IMG/VR virus record: IMGVR_UViG_3300016657_000060
Coordinates: 1 to 27,363 of that record
Strand: one strand, 5' to 3'
DNA length: 27,363 bases
DNA from: a virus
Taxonomy: Duplodnaviria; Caudoviricetes
The position numbers and the translations under genes were made by a program. Shown in pieces: positions 25,256-27,363 of this stretch. The notes beneath the pieces were generated by a model. The model saw only the letters and a list, made by a program, of their open reading frames with translations. It was not told where the DNA came from and did not search any database. Within the stretch, counting starts at the first letter, position 1, and each line of letters opens with the position of its first letter.

Positions 25256-25855
25256 CTAGGCGGACGATACTGGCAGCGAACTGTCCCTGTTGATACCGAA
25301 CAGGGTGACCAGTGCTTCGAGCCCGTGCGCCAGATTACGCAGGTCCGCGTCTCCCCAGCCTGCGGCATCCACCTCGTAGCAGACCACCGCGTGGACAAGC
25401 ATGCTCGGTCGCCGACCGGTCGCGGCGATGGCATCGTGGTCAGCAGTCCGCAGCATCAGGATGGCCGCCGCTGCCCGCTTGCGGATCTTCTCGACGTAGT
25501 CCGGATCGTACTCCGTGAGACTGCGGCCGAAGATCCCTTCATCGAGGAGCAAGCCGGTAGCGGAATGCGGGTGGATCGGCGGCAGTCCCATGACCGCCCG
25601 GTTGCGAGCCATGAGGTCACCATAGAGCTCCGCAGCTGCCAATTGCTCAGCCGTGATCTTGCCAGCGAATGCCAACCGCCCGATCGCCGAGCCCAGACGC
25701 TCGTCCTTCGCCTGCCTTGCGGTGACGCCATACTGACGTTGCCGGGCATCCAGGACGGTTGCTGTGACCTCCCGCATGGTCTCGGCTTTGCCCGGCTGGA
25801 CCAGCTTGCCGCAGGGGTGGCGGCGGCCCGCCTTGCGCTTACGACCGCGAGCCAC
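25256..25855 (-). CDS. Putative late transcription regulator/antiterminator (DUF6456-like)
   Basis: RL...GKI...QLAAA..Y and AVVCYE...L.HGLEALVTLFG motifs; Q-like position just before the late promoter. Confidence 0.55.
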   Translation of the reverse strand: MARGRKRKAGRRHPCGKLVQPGKAETMREVTATVLDARQRQYGVTARQAKDERLGSAIGRLAFAGKITAEQLAAAELYGDLMARNRAVMGLPPIHPHSATGLLLDEGIFGRSLTEYDPDYVEKIRKRAAAAILMLRTADHDAIAATGRRPSMLVHAVVCYEVDAAGWGDADLRNLAHGLEALVTLFGINRDSSLPVSSA

Positions 25856-26108
25856 GGATTATCTCCGGGATGAGCGCTGCATAGCCGATTACGTCGATGG
25901 GGCCGTCAGCATAGTTGGGGTCGTGAGCGATCCGCGCCAGCTTCAGGTCGATCATGCACAGCGCGACCTGCTGGGCTGTGACAGGCGTGCCAAGGGTGAT
26001 CGACCAGCGCCGGGCGATCGCCTCCATCTGGGTCTTGGGATCGCCATAGGCAGCGCCGCGATCTTCGAGCACCTGCGCCACGCGTTTCAGAAAACCAGCC
26101 GCGCTCAC
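25839..26108 (-). CDS. DUF6378-domain protein
   Basis: DRGAAYGDP...IARRWS...VALCMIDLKLAR...DVIGYAA motif. Confidence 0.8.
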   Translation of the reverse strand: MSAAGFLKRVAQVLEDRGAAYGDPKTQMEAIARRWSITLGTPVTAQQVALCMIDLKLARIAHDPNYADGPIDVIGYAALIPEIIRGSRS

Positions 26109-26644
26109 CGGATACCTCCACGGGTCTCGATGGCCCAGAGCAAGATCGCGATCGCGTCAGCCTCGTTGTCGTCGGAAGGCGCAAAGCCCTTGGCTTGGAC
26201 GGCTGCGATGACAGCCGCCTTGTCGGCATTTCCCTTGCCGGTAATGAACCGCTTGATCGTGCCAACCGGCACACCTTGGTAGGCAACCAAGTGCTCTTCG
26301 CACCACGAAGTCAGCATACCCAGCAGGCCGCCGTAGACATGGGCCGCGTCGGTCCCGGCGTGGCGACGGACCTCCTCGAAGTAGATCGCTTCGATTGGCC
26401 CCGCATCGAGATCAAGCTGTTCGAGCCAGCGCCGGAAGCGCAGGTAGCGCATGCCGCCGCCGTCGTAGCGGGTGTGCTTCAGCGACACAGTCCCGGTGCT
26501 GATGTGGCCATCGGACGACTGGAGCGCCCAGCCGGCGCTGGTGCCAAGGTCGAGGGCAAGGATGGCTCCGCGGCGGATCGTTCCGCCGACGTTGGCTTGA
26601 GCCGGATTGGGGCAGGCAACGGCCTGCATTTCAGGCAGGGTCAT
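26105..26644 (-). CDS. Phage RuvC-like Holliday junction resolvase
   Basis: ILALDLGT.AGWA, IYFEEV, KRFITGKGNADK and DDNEADAIA motifs; start re-assigned to ATG at 26644 with a GAGGAGG RBS. Confidence 0.85.
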   Translation of the reverse strand: MTLPEMQAVACPNPAQANVGGTIRRGAILALDLGTSAGWALQSSDGHISTGTVSLKHTRYDGGGMRYLRFRRWLEQLDLDAGPIEAIYFEEVRRHAGTDAAHVYGGLLGMLTSWCEEHLVAYQGVPVGTIKRFITGKGNADKAAVIAAVQAKGFAPSDDNEADAIAILLWAIETRGGIR

Positions 26645-26749
26645 GACGACCTCCTCTTCGTGTGGGGCGGTCGGGGCGAGGACTGGGCCGGTGAAGGCTG
26701 GCAGCTCGCCCGGACCCGAAGCGGGTCTGGTCAGGTCGTCATCCGGGCG
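26643..26749 (-). promoter_or_regulatory. Structured 5' leader able to occlude the resolvase RBS/start
   Basis: Perfect 10-bp inverted repeat 26733-26742 / 26643-26652 plus nested stems. Confidence 0.5.
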
Positions 26750-26789
26750 GACATTGCCGCCGGAAATCTTCATGGGGTTTGAGCTGGGC

Positions 26790-27025
26790 CGATTGAAACA
26801 TCGGAGCATCCAACCCCTTGAGTAGGCGATGGAATATATAATATTTCAATTATTATTATTTTATGGGGGTACTCCTCTCCATCTTTAAAACGCGCGCGTG
26901 CACGAGGGGATATATAAGGCACCCCTTGAAAGATTGAACTTTCTCCGAAACCCGATTTTTTTACATAAATCCATGCACTTGGATGCCATAAAGCTGCTTT
27001 TGACGGATATTGGGCCATTGAAGGA
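26790..27025. other. Putative replication origin
   Basis: Most AT-rich stretch in the window, just downstream of the primase-like gene; repeated TTGAA, two ACCCCTTGA copies, and CGCGCGCG / TATATA alternations. Confidence 0.45.
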
Positions 27026-27045
27026 CCATCCAAAGGGGGGATGCA

Positions 27046-27363
27046 TCACGATGGCCCTTGGAGGTGTGTGGCGACCTTTTTGCCACTCGCGTCCCGCCAA
27101 TTACCCGACCAGCGAGCCAGCCTGTAGACCATGGCCTGCCTGGTGGCCGAACTGCGCATCCCCGTCGTCACGTCACCGCTCTCGATCAAGGTCTGGATGA
27201 TATCGTCGCGGTCCCGCGATTTGAGCCACTGGGAGCCACGGGTCAGTTCAGACTTGGTGATGCCCTTGGCGCCGGCTGCCCGGATCAGTTCACGCAGACG
27301 TTTCAGGTGAGCCTCGGTCTCGGTATCTGCGACATGGCGGTCCACCGCCTCCATTGCCCGCTG
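27046..27363 (-). CDS. C-terminal end of a probable primase/helicase (DUF3987-type) replication protein; 5'-truncated
   Basis: Frame open to the window edge; winged-helix-like GITKSELTRGSQWL...IIQTLIESG; position upstream of ori and resolvase. Confidence 0.6.
   Translation of the reverse strand, partial: QRAMEAVDRHVADTETEAHLKRLRELIRAAGAKGITKSELTRGSQWLKSRDRDDIIQTLIESGDVTTGMRSSATRQAMVYRLARWSGNWRDASGKKVATHLQGPS

Larger units (their letters stand above)
1..27363 (-). mobile_element. Temperate siphophage/prophage segment (replication end through packaging, head, tail, lysis and fibre modules); both ends lie outside the window
   Basis: Co-oriented terS-terL-portal-protease-capsid-neck-tail tube-chaperone-TMP-fibre-lysis order, with many ATGA/TGATG overlaps. 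Confidence 0.97.

Noticed and set aside
26690-26745. Hammerhead ribozyme in the resolvase leader
   Set aside because: CTGACCA does not match CUGANGA, and the GAAA core is missing
26770-27200. Short ORFs across the AT-rich region
   Set aside because: Atypical composition and no clear RBS; better explained as a non-coding origin
1-27363. Gene transfer agent, CRISPR array, tRNA or att site
   Set aside because: Linked replication genes, HNH/cos and a long TMP indicate a true phage rather than a GTA; no spaced repeats, cloverleaf or integrase seen

Overview
The whole window is one continuous stretch of a GC-rich temperate siphophage or prophage with an HK97-type head, almost entirely on the minus strand. 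Gene content suggests an alphaproteobacterial host (inference). Reading right to left: the 3' end of a primase/helicase-like gene, an AT-rich putative origin, a RuvC-like resolvase with a structured leader, DUF6378, a putative late regulator with a promoter/terminator pair, HNH nuclease, a small antisense moron, a cos-like site, two small genes, ParB-MTase, terminase, portal, protease, capsid, neck and tail genes (with a -1 frameshifted G/G-T chaperone), a 1396-aa tape measure, a CBM-bearing distal tail protein, a first fibre/adhesin pair and the lysis genes. Downstream of lysis lies a second, translationally coupled five-gene fibre cassette. It appears daisy-chained: C-terminal DGGxF ends are followed by gp37/Mtd-like N-terminal domains, and it finishes with an S74-chaperone fibre and a beta-propeller adhesin. 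Directly after it is a sulfotransferase-like gene that the ORF track missed. No integrase, repressor, tRNA or CRISPR is visible. All family assignments come from motif recognition by eye, not from database searches.
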